Assembly (NCBI GenBank): GCA_964016885.1
Contig: OZ024743.1
Coordinates: 308,574,001 to 308,638,000 of the forward strand
Length of the DNA: 64,000 bases
From: Eledone cirrhosa
Lineage: Eukaryota
Reading direction: 5' to 3'
In this document: positions 39,765-52,934 of the stretch, piece by piece
Layout: each line of letters opens with the position of its first letter
Position numbering within the stretch: position 1 is the stretch's first letter
Position numbers and translations under genes: made by a program
Notes under the pieces: model-generated
The model's input: only the letters and a program-made list of their open reading frames with translations
Database searches by the model: none
Told to the model about the DNA's origin: nothing

Positions 39765-40125
39765 CAAGGGAAAGAGAATAAGTTACATATATTGAGAGAA
39801 AGGGAAGAGAGTAGGTTACATAAATTGAGGGAGGGGGAAGACAGTAAGTTACATATATCGAGGGAGGGGAAGAGAGTAAGTTACTTATATTGAGAGAGGG
39901 GGAAGGCAGTAAGTTACATATATTGAGAAGAGAGTAGGTTACTTATATTGAGAGAGAGGGAAGGAGTAGGTTACTTATATTGAGAGAGAGGGAAGGAGTA
40001 GGTTACTTATATTCAGAGAGGGGGAAGAGAGTAGGTTACTTATATTGAGAGAGGAGGAAGGGAGTAGGTTACTTATATTGAGAAAGGGAAGAGTAAGTTA
40101 TATATATAGTGAGGGAGGGGAAGAG
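39765..40125. repeat. Purine-rich ~28-34-bp minisatellite (~11 units)
   Basis: Recurrent GAGAGTAGGTTACTTATATTGAGAGAGGGGGAA variants. Confidence 0.85.
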
Positions 40126-40345
40126 TGTTTAAATCCAGCTGACTAGTATTTTTTTTATTAACCCTTTTTTGAACATATTTATAAAGAAATATACTATATT
40201 TTAATTAATTAATGAAGAATTTTGAGGGATTTATTAAAATTATTTATTCCACCTCGCAGATGGTGACTTAACATATGGTTCTTATATGAAATTTGTTGGA
40301 ACACTTAAATTTAAATTGGAAGAAAGTGGTGATTATATTGTTTGT

Positions 40346-40577
40346 ATAACCCTTTGAATACCAAGCCACCCCTGGCTTGGTGATACAAACTTACTTTTAA
40401 AGGGTTCATATTTAATTAAAAACCCTCCATCATAATTTTATTTAAGAACCTTTATGTTCCAAACAACAGCTTTATAAGAAAGTTAGTTATTAAATTCCTC
40501 CAAATATTTGATTATTTTCAAAGTTATTTACAAATCATAGGCAGTATATTTAATTAGAAATATAAGAAAAGGGTTAA
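40346..40577. mobile_element. TTAA-flanked piggyBac-like MITE (family 1), intact reference copy
   Basis: ATAACCCTTTGAATACCAAG...AAAAGGGTTAA; many degenerate relatives across the window. Confidence 0.7.
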
Positions 40578-40578
40578 A

Positions 40579-40761
40579 ATAATTGTTTCTACTTTTGGCA
40601 CAAGGCCAGCAATTAACCAGTGTATTACTGGTACTTTATTTTATCGACCCCCACAAGGATGAAAGGCAAAGTTAACCTCGCCGGGATTTGAACTCAGAAT
40701 GGCAAGGGCCGTAACTCTTTGCGTCAAAGTATGGTGTCCGACCCTCTACCGATACTGCCAA
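40579..40761 (-). mobile_element. SINE family B
   Basis: Reverse complement of the family B unit. Confidence 0.85.
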
Positions 40762-42126
40762 TAAATGAGTAATTAAATTAGCCAGCTAACTAATTAAACC
40801 ATTGTTTAATTTTAATGGAAACAATAGGTGTATCAGATTTCTGTGGTAACTCAATAGGAATTTATTCGATCATAGCTTTGCACTTGTAGTTAAATTCTAG
40901 ATATGAGACAGCCTCTACATGAACCTTGACCTGCAAGAAATAGCAGCCAATCCATACTTTGATTAATCCTCACTGTTTCCTTATAGATTGTACAGTAAAT
41001 CTGTTTATACTGCTTTTCAGTATAAACAGATTTACTGATATTCTCCAGCTCTGGCTCACAGACATGCTGCCTCCTCTCTCTCTGCCTCTTCTACTGTCAC
41101 TACAATGGTCTCTGCTCCTTGGTGCTTGCTGGTTTCATGCTAACCTTCGCTCAGACATTTCTGACACACTCGTCTCTCCTCCTCTTGTACTCCATGTTAT
41201 ATTCACTCTGCCTACTACCCCGATCAGCCCTGCACCAACTACCACACATCGTCCTTCCTGTTTAGAATGTCTACCTTGTGGAACTTCTTCCCTGTTTATG
41301 TCTTTGTGTACAGCTTACACAGAACACTAATTTGATTGATGTTTCTAACTTCAGGGGACCTATAAAGGGCCATGGGCTTATCCTCTTCCTTCAGACCTAG
41401 CTAGTGAAAAGAAAAAAAAATGAAACAAGTATAGCCACTAATCATACTTCCAGAACTGGGAACTAGCTACTAGATAATACATGGTCCCTTAACCAGAACA
41501 GAATTACTTTTATAATATCTAGTTCAACTATACAAATTAACTGAAGCAAACTACAATAACAATAAGAAATATGGCATAAATTTACATCAATTCTTGGTAA
41601 ATTCAAGGAAAGATTTTCATCTCCAATAAATAATAGAAAAAGAGCAAAAACAAAACAAACCATCCACAAAGAACAAAAAAAAAGACAAAAGGAAAGCAAT
41701 AAAGAGAACTAAGCAATGAAAGAGAGGGAGGGAAGTACAGTATCTACAGCCTAGTCTGAGCAGTAATTTGACTGTGCTCCGCTGATAAAATGACCAGCAA
41801 CAGCCACCCCCACCTCATGGGGCTTCTTCCTCAGGTGGGCTACCCTCTTTCGATTTTTTACAGTGAGTGATTTTACAGTAATTTCAGAAAAAACAAAGCA
41901 AAGCTAAGCTATGTAGGCTTTAATATTTATAGCATTGATGAGGATGGTGGATTGGCAGTATCAGTAGAATGTTGAACAACATGCTTTGTGGCACATAGTT
42001 ATGGCCCAACTTTGCCTTTCATCCTTACGGGGTCGATAAAATAAAGTATCAGTAATGTACTGGGGTCGATTTAATCGACTTTCTTCTCCCCCCAAATTGT
42101 TGGCCCTGCGAATAAATCAAAAACCA

Positions 42127-42158
<32 letters not shown>

Positions 42159-44391
42159 CATTGATGAACTTTTTTTGTGTGAAGATTTCTCTAAATAGAT
42201 ATAGGAAATAAATCTTGGAATTTTCATTATATTTGTTTTATTCTTTAACTGGCTTCAGTCATTAGACTGCAGCTATGCTGAAGGATTTAGTAGATCATAT
42301 CAACATCCACTCCCCTCCGGTACTTATTTTTTAAATCTCATGCTTTTTGTTATTGAACTACTTGATTACTCAACATAAACAAACAGTAGATATAAACAGA
42401 CCACGACTGATCAGTAAAGTGACATCCAAGAAACCTCCTGAGATGCAACCATATAAATCTTATATAAGGTCAACTAACTTACATAGGTGTGAGCTGTGAC
42501 TACGTGTACACACACGCACACATCACACACAGACGGACAGATGGATGGATAGACAGCAGTTTTTTTTACAGTTTCAGTCAACCAGATTTAACTCACAAAA
42601 CATTGGTCAACTCGAAGCTATAGTAGAAGACATTTGCACTAGGTTCTAGGCAGTAGGATTGACCCCCAATCCACATCTTTGTGGAGCAAACTCCTTAATC
42701 ACACAGCCATACCTGCACCTAGTATGTTAAGATTTCTGCTTGTTTTTTTTTCTTCTTCTTGTTCGTCCTCTTATTCCTGTCACGTTTGTGGGGGAAAATT
42801 CCTCAAACGGTCCTGTCATAAGTAACCATCTCCAATTAATCTCGTTGGATCCCCAAGCAAGACCAGATGAGCTCATGGACGTTATCCAACTATCTTGCTC
42901 CAAAGACCCTTTGGAGGAACCTCATTTCGGCTGCTTGTATTTGTGATCGTACTCTTTCGGTCATTACCTAAGATTCATGACTATAGGTAAGGGTTGGCAT
43001 GAATTTTAAATTGAAAGTAGCAAGTTTGGTTTTTACACCTACCTCCCTTCTGATTTTTGTTTGTTTTTTAAAACATTTCATCATTATCTCTAAACATTCC
43101 AGACAAGCCTCAATTGAATGAGTCTGTAGCATAGCTTCTATATTATCATCACTGTCACTGAACATTTAAAAAAAAAAATGTTCTCTTTCCCACCCTATTA
43201 CTTTTAGTGTGACAGTATTTGTATTGGGGTGTTGATTGATGTATAATGTTATTCTGAGGTGTTGACTGGATACAATGTATGTATATGTACTGTGGTACTA
43301 TTTTACTGGTTTCAGCCATTGGACTGTGGCCATACTGGGACACCCACCTTCAAGGGATTTAATTCATCATATTGACTGGCCACAGTACTTGTTTGAAGTC
43401 TGGTACTTATTTTATCTATCTCCTGTCAAATCGCTAAGTTACAGGACCTAGGAACAGTTATAAACGTAAACACAGACATGGGTACACATATTGCACACAC
43501 AAATGTATACACACATACACGTATATATATATGATAAGTAGGCAGTGAATTGGGAGAGTTGTTAGAATGTCAGATAGAATGCTTTGCGGTATTCATTATG
43601 GCTCTCTATTCTATGAGTTCAAATCCCGCCGAGATCAACTTAGCTTTTCATCCTTTCGAGGTTGATATAATGGTGCCAGGCTTTAAACTGCCCAAGAAAT
43701 GCTGTAAATTACTATACCTTCAGTAATATATTCATCATAGTACAGGATGTTGTCAAATATATTACTCTCTCTGTGGTGTTTCTGAACATCTATATACACC
43801 ATTCAAGCATAGAAAAATGCCGTTAAATGATGACGATGATATGCGCGCACACACACACACGCATATCTATATTTAAACGAATGAAATCAAGTTTCTTATT
43901 TATTATGAAATAAACTGACCTCTGATCTGATTATCATTTCTGTCAGTCTGTAGTATAAAAAGGAAATTCTTCTGAGTCATATATCTGTGTCTTTAGTGGT
44001 GGTGATAATTCTGAATTAACCATTTGCAATATCACTACTGTGCTTTATGAAGGGAAACCACTGTTGTCGACAGGAGGAATTAGGTAAGTGGTGGCTAGAT
44101 ACAGAATGGGTGGTGGTGGTAGTGTTTACCCATTGGTTGCAATGGAAACTGGTAAAGATAAAGCCAACACTGATAAGACCTAAAGGGAATAGAGCTACTT
44201 GTCTGTTGTACTTTTTTTTTTTTTTTGTCATATCTAAAAGTATGTCAGATTTTTTTTTTTATTTAAAGAAAATATCTTACTCTAGAACTGATGAAAATTG
44301 TCAAAATATTATGTTTAAACCACCAGGTTGCAGATATTCACCACAATTTTATGTCAGCAAAATTTAACACATACTGGTATTGTTTTATGAT

Positions 44392-44593
44392 TTAACCCTT
44401 TAGCATTTACATTACTCTGTATATACAATTGTATTTTTGCAGTAAAGGCTTTATCTCAAATAATATCTTGCATAATATCGAATCTATGGGATTTTGATAT
44501 TATTTATTTTGAGAACAATACCTGGCTGGTTACAGCCAGTTTGAACAGAGAGAGGTGAGAGAATTCTGGCTGGTTTAAATGCTAAAGGGTTAA
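44392..44593. mobile_element. TTAA-flanked piggyBac-like MITE (family 2)
   Basis: TTAACCCTTTAGCATTTA...TAAATGCTAAAGGGTTAA perfect termini; oppositely oriented relatives at ~4375-4565 and ~61355-61575. Confidence 0.8.
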
Positions 44594-47500
44594 GAATAAT
44601 CTGTTGAAAATTTCCTTTAACCCTTTTGTTACTATATTTCTAGAGACACTGTTTATGATTTTCAAATTATTTTAAAGATAATTAAGAATTAGGAGTTAGT
44701 TTGTAATAACTGGTGATTGGAACATAACTTAACAAAGGTTTTACATAAAAATGCAGTTTAGTATCAGATGGGCTAAGCTGGTGTTTGGAGCATAACTTAA
44801 ATGCCCTTATGTAAAATTATGGAAGGTTTAAGAATAAATGCTTTAAAATACACAACTTTTTATCATAGAATGAGGGATAGTTTAGATGGTTTGGTATCAA
44901 AGGTGCAGTTTAGGTGGTTTGGTATCAAAGGGGCTTCAGAAGCTACTGAAAATTTCAAGGTGTTAACTCTTCTTACCATATTTATAATGAAAGTAATCAA
45001 GTATTTAATAGTATAACTTTCTCCTACAACAATATTATTCCTAATCATTATGTTCAATCAATGTTTTGAGGTCTCCGCAGCCTCATCTTCAGAAAAAGAA
45101 ACATATTAGTGTTGTATTGCTCCCATACTTTGCAGTTGTCACAAAAGATCATGGGAGTAGTAGACAAATCATAGACACATAATTTAAAAATTGAGCTGTT
45201 CAAGTCTGGCAGTTTTTATAATTGATTTCATGTATGGGGTTACTCCGAAGGGTCTTTGGAATAACGTTACATGATAGTGCATAGCTTGGAGATCAGAGAG
45301 TTTCTTTAGGTAGAGCTGCTACTTCTCCGAATTGAGAGATCACAGCTCCGATATTATGGACATGTAGTTGGAATGTTTCAGGAAAGAATCGCAGTTATTT
45401 TTTGTCTAAAAATATAAACCCTACTCCAAGATTAAACCCTAGTGCCTTTTTTTGGGTGGTGGTGGAAATTAATATAAGAGCTCTCTTATAATAGGGGGAA
45501 CATGGTATATAATCTTACAAATGCCAATAAACTACTTTTACAAACATTACTTTGTTTATAGCTGTTGTTACTAGCAATCACAGTGTTTTCTTTTTGTGTT
45601 TTTGTACTTTTTGTTTTGCCAAAGTCCTGTGTCTATGTTTGATTACCAATATCCAACACAACATACACACCCTCTATTTCCTCAAGTCCCCTTTCATCAC
45701 ATCACAGGCTTTTAATATAAGATTAAAATACACTGTTATGGCTATTTGCTGTTTGTATGTGCTCCCTGTTGAAAGCTGACTCTAGCTTTCAGATTGTTCT
45801 AGTTATGAAATGACTAGTTTTATTCAATTTCTTAAGGATAGAAAACATTCACTGAAAACACAGAATCACTTGTACAACCCCAGTTTGTGAAAGAAAGTAT
45901 TTCTTATATGGAGTTATTTGTTTCATAGCTTGTGAATTATCTTGAATTCCAACCATAGCAATTAATGTTTGTTTTCTTTATTAGTATAAAGTCACTCATT
46001 GACACTTTCTCTCTAACCTCTGGTCCACAGATATTGTCACATCCCTCTGCCTCAGCCACTGTTACTACAATGGTCTCTGCTCCTCTACATGGCAATTGAC
46101 TTGCAAGAAATAACAGCCAAATCATGTTTTGCCTTTTCATGTCCATTGTATCTTTGCAGATTAAAAAATGAGAAAAGCTATCCAGCTTATTTAGTCACCG
46201 ACTGACACTCTCCAGTGCCTGTCCCACAGATATACTGTCTCGTTCCGCTGCCTCTCCCATTATTATTGCAGTGGTCTTTGTTGCTCAGAATTTACTAGAT
46301 CCATACCAACCTCCACCCATGCACTTAGCAACCCAATTGTCTCTGCTCACATCACCCACATTGTGTTCAAGCCCCTTCTCCTAGTAGTGTTTACATTAAC
46401 CACTGCACCCAATCCTTCATCCAGAATATTTACCTTCTGAAACTCTTTCGCTCATATTTTTCCAAAAGTAGTGGACCGGCAACAGCTTAAACAGAACACC
46501 AATGACATTGATCTTTTTGGTCTCAGGGGGTCTGCGGAGGTTATGGGACCTGCCTTTTTCTCTAGACATACCAAGTAACAAAAATAAAAATTATTTCTCA
46601 TATGATCATTACATTACTTTGTCATTACTGTGCTGATCATAATGTTGTTCATCCTGGTCTGGGTGAAGTGTCATGTTCTTAAGCATGACATTTCATTTTA
46701 CATTGCTTTTCTTGATAGGACTGTATCATTAAAACATCCAAGAAATCTATGAGATGCATCCTCTTGTGAGGCCAGCTCACCTGTACAGGTGGGAGCTGTA
46801 CATTCCGTTTGTTGCTTTCTAAAGAAACTTACTGGACTCTGAAGATGGATCTCCCCCCTCTGAAAAAGAAAAGAAAAGAAAGAAACCTATAGCATAGCAA
46901 ATAGAACGATGTAAGGAAGATAAGAAAAGGCTGGCTATATTTATTTACAAAACATATTGAAATTCTATTACTAGTGTCAGTGTATCACAAGAATATCTGT
47001 TATCTCCAATGATTGATTGGCAAAGCAGCACAGTTTTCCATTATTAGAAAGAAAAAGGAACAAAATTATATAACAAGGATTTTATAAGCAAATAGGACAA
47101 GCTATGAAGGTGATAGTATGGAATAACCATAATAAATATAGTGTAGTATATATATAACAGGTGTTGATTGGATATAACTTGGCTGTGTATCCTAAATAGG
47201 TTTCATGGATGAGATAATGTATGACTAACAACATACACACGCACATACACTGAGGTGTCTGTATTGTAGACTTGTCAAAGCTGTGCTACCATGCAAAAAC
47301 AGATGTTAAACAACAACAAAAATGGCATAAAGAAGCCGGTTGTCATTATATCGGACTCAAGGAAACTGTTTATATTGGTCTGTCTATTGCTGATACTATC
47401 TGTTAGTCATGACTCCTGGTGGGATTCAAACACAGAACACACAAAGCTGGGACAAACACTGAAGCATTTAATCTATAAACCTCTAACAACTACCAATTTA

Positions 47501-48171
47501 CTTCATAAACAACAGCAAATATAGCTGCTAAGAGAATGATGTTTTTTTCTTTGTCAGTCACCAGTTAACCACCTGTTATTTGTGTAAATACTAAATTACT
47601 ACTGGTGAATGATAGCCAGATAGAAATGGTGAGATTTGACCCTTTCATTACCATAATTCTATTAATGGAGAATTTGTAAGGATTTGCTAAAATTATTTCA
47701 TTATTAAAATGTTATTTCTAACACAACTTCGGAAAAGGTCCATATATCAGATTATGTTTGAAAATTTTAATTTTAGAAAATGAGAAATCTTTTTTCACAC
47801 AAGCTAAGGCAGTATTGGTGCCAAGATAAAAAGTACCCAGTCCACACTGTTATGTGGTTGGTGTTAGGAAGGGTATCCAGCTGTGGAAAACAAGCCAAAA
47901 TACAGATCTGTATGAACAAGACATGGTCACCTGATCTGACTTGTCTTATAGCGTGACACCCTGTCTAACCCATGGAAAATGGACAGTAAATGATGATGAT
48001 GATGATGATGATGAAAAGCAGTTTTGGGTGGGTTGCTCTCAACTAAATCTTTAGTCCAAAAGAAGAAATGAGAAATAGTAATGTTTATGCCTTTCTCAGA
48101 TGCATTAGCAATATATGTAAAGCACCACCTAGAAATGGACAGCAGATGTAGACCAGTGTCTTCCAACTTGA

Positions 48172-48358
48172 TGGTCCACAGGCCTCTAGTGGTCCATAGG
48201 CCTCTAGTGGTCCATAGGCCTCTAGTGGTCCATAGGCCTCTAGTGGTCCACAGGCCTCTAGTGGTCCACAGGCCTCTAGTGGTCCACAGGCCTCTAGTGG
48301 TCCACAGACCTCTGGTGGTTCACAGACCTCTGGTGGTCCATAAACTTCTGGTGGTCTG
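48172..48358. repeat. 18-bp tandem repeat (~10 units) inside a probable hAT-type MITE end
   Basis: TGGTCCA(C/T)AGGCCTCTAG units directly after CAGTGTCTTCCAAC (48154). Confidence 0.9.
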
Positions 48359-48481
48359 CAAAAGTAGTTCTAGGAATCTGTGAGTTAAGTTAAATAATTT
48401 CAAATACTTTATTAAAAACGTAATACACATGTGTGATTGGATATCCTTTAAGCATGCACATTTCTCACTTTCAATTATCTT

Positions 48482-49815
48482 AATGAATGAATGAAATTGT
48501 GTACAGTGCTCAGGTGCACTACAACTCACCAAAGGTGCATGTATAGTACATAGAATAATATACAAAGGTCAGGAAAGTGAATAGTGTATGAATCATGATA
48601 TACATGTGTGCATGTGTATAGAGGGGGAATATCAGGTGTAGTGTTGGCGAATTTCAGGAAGCATGGAGGTTTTAAAGGATGCAATGCAGCATCCCAGCAG
48701 CTAACAACTGATGCAGGTGGTTTGTTCCATGCTTCAGCAACTCTGAATGTTAAAACATGTTTCCGAAAGTCATGGCAGCTGTACTGTTTTCTGACTTTGT
48801 AGGCATGCCCATGTGTGTTAGATACATGGAAATCAAAAAGGTACTCAGGGTTGTTGTTGGCAAGATGGTTAATAATTTTGTGGGTGTTTACCAAGTCAGT
48901 TGTCAGACATTGGAGCTTCAATATATCTATGTCCAGGGAAGCAAGGTGTTCAGAGTATGGTAGATGCCTGATGGAGGCTATTCGCTTGGTTGCACGTCTC
49001 TGAACAGTTTCCAGGAGGTCAATATTCTGAGCAAGATAGGGGTTCCAGACTGGTGATGCAAATTCTAAGTGTGGCCGCACCATAGCTATATACAGCTTTA
49101 AATAGATAGCTGGAGAGTGGCTGACAAAGGTCTTGCTGAGTGATGCCAAGACACCCCCAGCCTTCTTGACAATTTTAGATATGTGCTTTGTCCAATGCAA
49201 ATTGCTGCTGACAGTAATGCTTAGGGCACGTTCACAAGAAGACTTGATATTAGTGTTGTGGAGGGAGTATGTGGACGCTGGGTTTTTCCTCCCAAAATAC
49301 ATGGTGGTACACTTGTCCACAGCCAGCTTGAGTTGCCAGTCCGTGATCCATTGTTGCATTGTGTCTAGGTCTGATTGTAGGAAAGATCTATAGTGATCAG
49401 GATCTGTCCTTTTTATCTCAAGGTATAGCTTGATGTCATCTGCATATTTCAGGACTGTGGCATTCTTTAAGTTGGCATCTATGTCATTAATATATGCAAC
49501 AAACAAAAGGGGACCAAGAACAGATCCCTGTGGTACATCAGATGACATCTCATGGAGTGAAGAATGCTGTCCTAGAACTGTGACTACCTTTTTTTGACTG
49601 AGAATGAAAGACTTCAACCAGTTAAAAAGATCATCTCTCACCCATTGCAGAGAGTTTTGCCATAAGTCTTTTGTGTGGCACAGAATTGAAAGCTTTAGCA
49701 AAGTCAAGATAAACAACATCCACCCATGAGCCACCATCAGTGATCCAGGTGATGTCTTCAAGAAACTCGATAAGTTGATCATAGCAGCTGGAGTTAGGGA
49801 TAAATCCAAATTTCA
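48482..49815 (-). mobile_element. 5'-truncated CR1-like LINE (RT domain to 3' end, (CATT)n tail)
   Basis: GFIPNSSC...VDVVYLDFAKAFNSVPHKRL (ORF 49631..49867) frameshifts near 49640 into VPQGSVLGPLLF...KYADDIKL...VRPHLEFASPVWNP (ORF 48526..49809). Confidence 0.93.
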
Positions 49816-51206
49816 TCATATAAAGGATAATTGTAATGGCGGGGTTGGGATCTGTCAGAAAATTCATTTAAATAAAAAAGGTTGCTGGTAGTGAAGAGGT
49901 TGGGAACCAACCAGAAGCATAGTTCCTCACATTGGAGCTTGCTGCTAATAATTCACTAACTGAATAGCACCAAGGACAGGTAGGGGAGAGAGCTGTGTAA
50001 TAGCTATTTCATGTTCAAATTTTGTCAAAGATAACCTAGTAAAGGTAGGTGGTTTAATAATTAAGGTGATGGAAATAGCAGCAAAGGACAGGCAGTGAAT
50101 AGAGCTAGTTTAGTAAAGGTGATGGACTCATAATTAGGTCATGGGTTTGATTTCTTCAAGCAGTGCATTGTGTCCTTGAGCAAGACACTTCATTTCAGGT
50201 TGATTTTCATGATAGGACTGCTGTCCCTCCTTTTAAAAAAAGTGCAAGAAACCTCATCAGAGGGAAGCTGATGTTTGAGCTGTAAATTTTATTTTTCATT
50301 TCAAAGATGACCTAACCCAGGTGTCACTGCTTGTCAGGTCAAAGAGGGAAAACACTATAAATATTGGTTGCTCTTTAATATGTTTGAAGTCAAATTTGTA
50401 GCATTGGAGACTGCCAGCATTGTTGGCTCCCAGGCCACATCCCTACTCAGTACTATTTGGGCAGAGTTGGTTACCTGCAGGAGTGAGCCCTGTGAGTTGG
50501 AATGGCATTCCAATGCATCTCCCTTGTCATCCTCTGGGGCAATGTTTTCACTGAGACCATGAGGTGGCTGACATATCTGCTCCCTCCCACACACCAGTAA
50601 ATACTCCCTTACTCAGCTTGCATCCCCGGGGCAGCAATGTTGTGTTGGTGAATTAGTAGTTTCATTATTGAAGTGAGAAACAATTATACATACATCTGAA
50701 CACACCTAGTGCTTCATTTTAGTTATTTATCAGTCACTAGTAACCAACCACTTATTTGTATGAACACTAAAACACCACCAGTGAATGATAGTTAGCCAGA
50801 TAAAAATGGAAAGATTATAACTAACTCTCTTCAGTAGATTTTTAAAAAGAAATTAAGGATATGGATATTTGAAAATTATGCAATTTTATCAGAGGCTAAA
50901 ATAAGTCAACAGTTATTTTCCGTTCCAAAACTACTTGAGGCCAATAGGCCAAACTCTTTATAGACAGGCCAATTAAACAGAGTCAAACATATCGTCCAAT
51001 TAATCACTTCCCCAGCAAAAAAGATACTCTACAACTATATATGATATATTCAACATAATGTTGTGTGTGTGTGTACACACACACGCACACATATATTCAT
51101 TATTTTACTTTCTTTTACTAGTTTGTCATTAGTCTGCTGCCATGCTTGGGTGAGCGCGCACGCGCACACGCACACGTGCTGTGTGTGTGTGTGTATATAT
51201 ATATAT

Positions 51207-51824
51207 CATCATCATCATCATTTTACGTCCGCTTTTCCCTGCTTGCAAGGGTGGGATGGGAACTGATTCTGGCTTGATTTCTACAGCTGGATGCCCTTCC
51301 TAGCACCAACCTCATTTACAGTGAGTCCTGGGTGCTTTTTTGCCGTGGCACCTCCACGACCACTTCGCAGTGGAATTATATGGACCCCAGGCCCTATCAT
51401 CTCATTTCTACAGCTGAGTAAACTGGAGCAATGTGAAATAAAGTGTCTTGCTCAAGGAAACAACAATATATATATATATTCTCGAACCGAGTGATGTGTT
51501 GTTTCCTTGAGCAAGACACTTTATTTCACATTGCTCCAGTTTATTCAGCTGTAGAAATGAGATGATAGGACTGTGGTCTCTTATCATTCCACTGCAAAGT
51601 GGAGGTACCACACTGTAAACTGGACGTGTAGGCGCCACGGTACAAAAGCACCCAGCTCTCACTGTAAATGAGGTTGGTGTTAGGAAGGGCATCCAGCTGT
51701 AGAAATCAAGCAAGAGTCAGTTCCCGTATGAGCAAGACAAGGTCACCCGACCTGGCATTGCCCACAATAGGACAACCCGTCTAACCCATGCTAGCGTGGA
51801 AGAATGGATGTAAAACGGTGATGA
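51207..51824. mobile_element. Head-to-head pair of 5'-truncated family A SINEs (51207-51466 minus; ~51480-51824 plus)
   Basis: ...GTGTCTTGCTCAAGGAAACAACA [~30-bp spacer] TGTTGTTTCCTTGAGCAAGACAC...; (CAT)n and (TGA)n tails point outwards. Confidence 0.88.
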
Positions 51825-52934
51825 TATATATATATATATATATATATTCATATTCAACATTATACATGTGTGTATATAAAAATATCTCTCTCTATATATA
51901 TATATGACTTTTACTTTACTACTTCCAGTCATTAGTCTGCTACCACGTTGGTGCACCACCTTAAAGAGTATATGATACACTACGGCTATATCTGTAGAAG
52001 TTCCATTCTACCAACAACCACATCTGCCATCCTGCCCTTCATAGAAGAACTTAACAAAATGCTGCTAGAAAAATGCACGTAATACACACAGATAATATAT
52101 TAACTTAAACTTTAATATATATATATATATACCAACTGCTGCAATATTTTTCTGTGAAGTAATTAAGTTGCTTGAAAGATATTTCCCTATAAATGGTTCT
52201 ACACACGATATTCTGACAAAGAACAGGCTATATCTGTAGAAGTTCCATTCTACCAACAACCACATCTGCCATCCCGCCCTTCATAGAAGAACTTAACAAA
52301 ATGCTGCTATCACCACACACAGTTTTTTCTTTCTTTCTTTTTACATTTTTCATTTCCTTTTCATATTTTATTTTTATTCTTGAAAATAAATTCTATTCAT
52401 AGTGACCTACAGACTTAATAATGGTTTCTGATTTAGGCACAAAGCCAGCAATTCGAAGGGAAGGAGAAAATCGATTAAATCGACTAAATGCATTACTGGT
52501 ACATTATTTTATTGACCCTGTAAGAATGAAAGGCAAAGCTAACCTCTGCAGGATTTGAACTCAGAATGTAAAGGGACATAACTCTATTTGGCAAAGCATG
52601 TTATCCAACGCTCTACCGATTACTGCTAGTCCTCTGGTCTACATACTTAATGATTTCTGATTTAAACACAAAACCAATAATTTTGGGGGAGGGGAAAGTT
52701 AATTAAATTAGTCCCAGTTCATTACTGGTACTTTATTTTATCAACCCCACAAGGATGAAAGGCAAAGCTAACTTTGGTGGGATTTGAATGTGAAGTATTG
52801 TAACTATATGTTGCAAAGCATGTTGTCCAAAGCTTTACCAATCCACTGCCCTATAGACTTAATAATGAAATGAAATGTATTTATATAGAAGTATAAAGTT
52901 GGTTGGTGGTAAATTGGTAGAACCATTGGGATGT

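Noticed and set aside
44047-44367. ORF with 'GKWW' as the next SH3 exon
   Set aside because: Lacks LxF-KGD, WWEG and GWFPSNYV context; remainder is low-complexity.
41000-46580. Diverged similar segments near 41050-41400 and 46000-46570 as host exons
   Set aside because: Mutual similarity with stops in the frames read suggests an old dispersed repeat; class not assignable by eye.
48081-48383. (VVHRPL)n repeat protein
   Set aside because: Stop-free reading of an 18-bp tandem repeat inside a MITE-like end; no exon support.
48526-49809. 427-aa intact reverse transcriptase gene
   Set aside because: The first ~55 aa are out of frame with the real RT start; the element is 5'-truncated and lacks an endonuclease.
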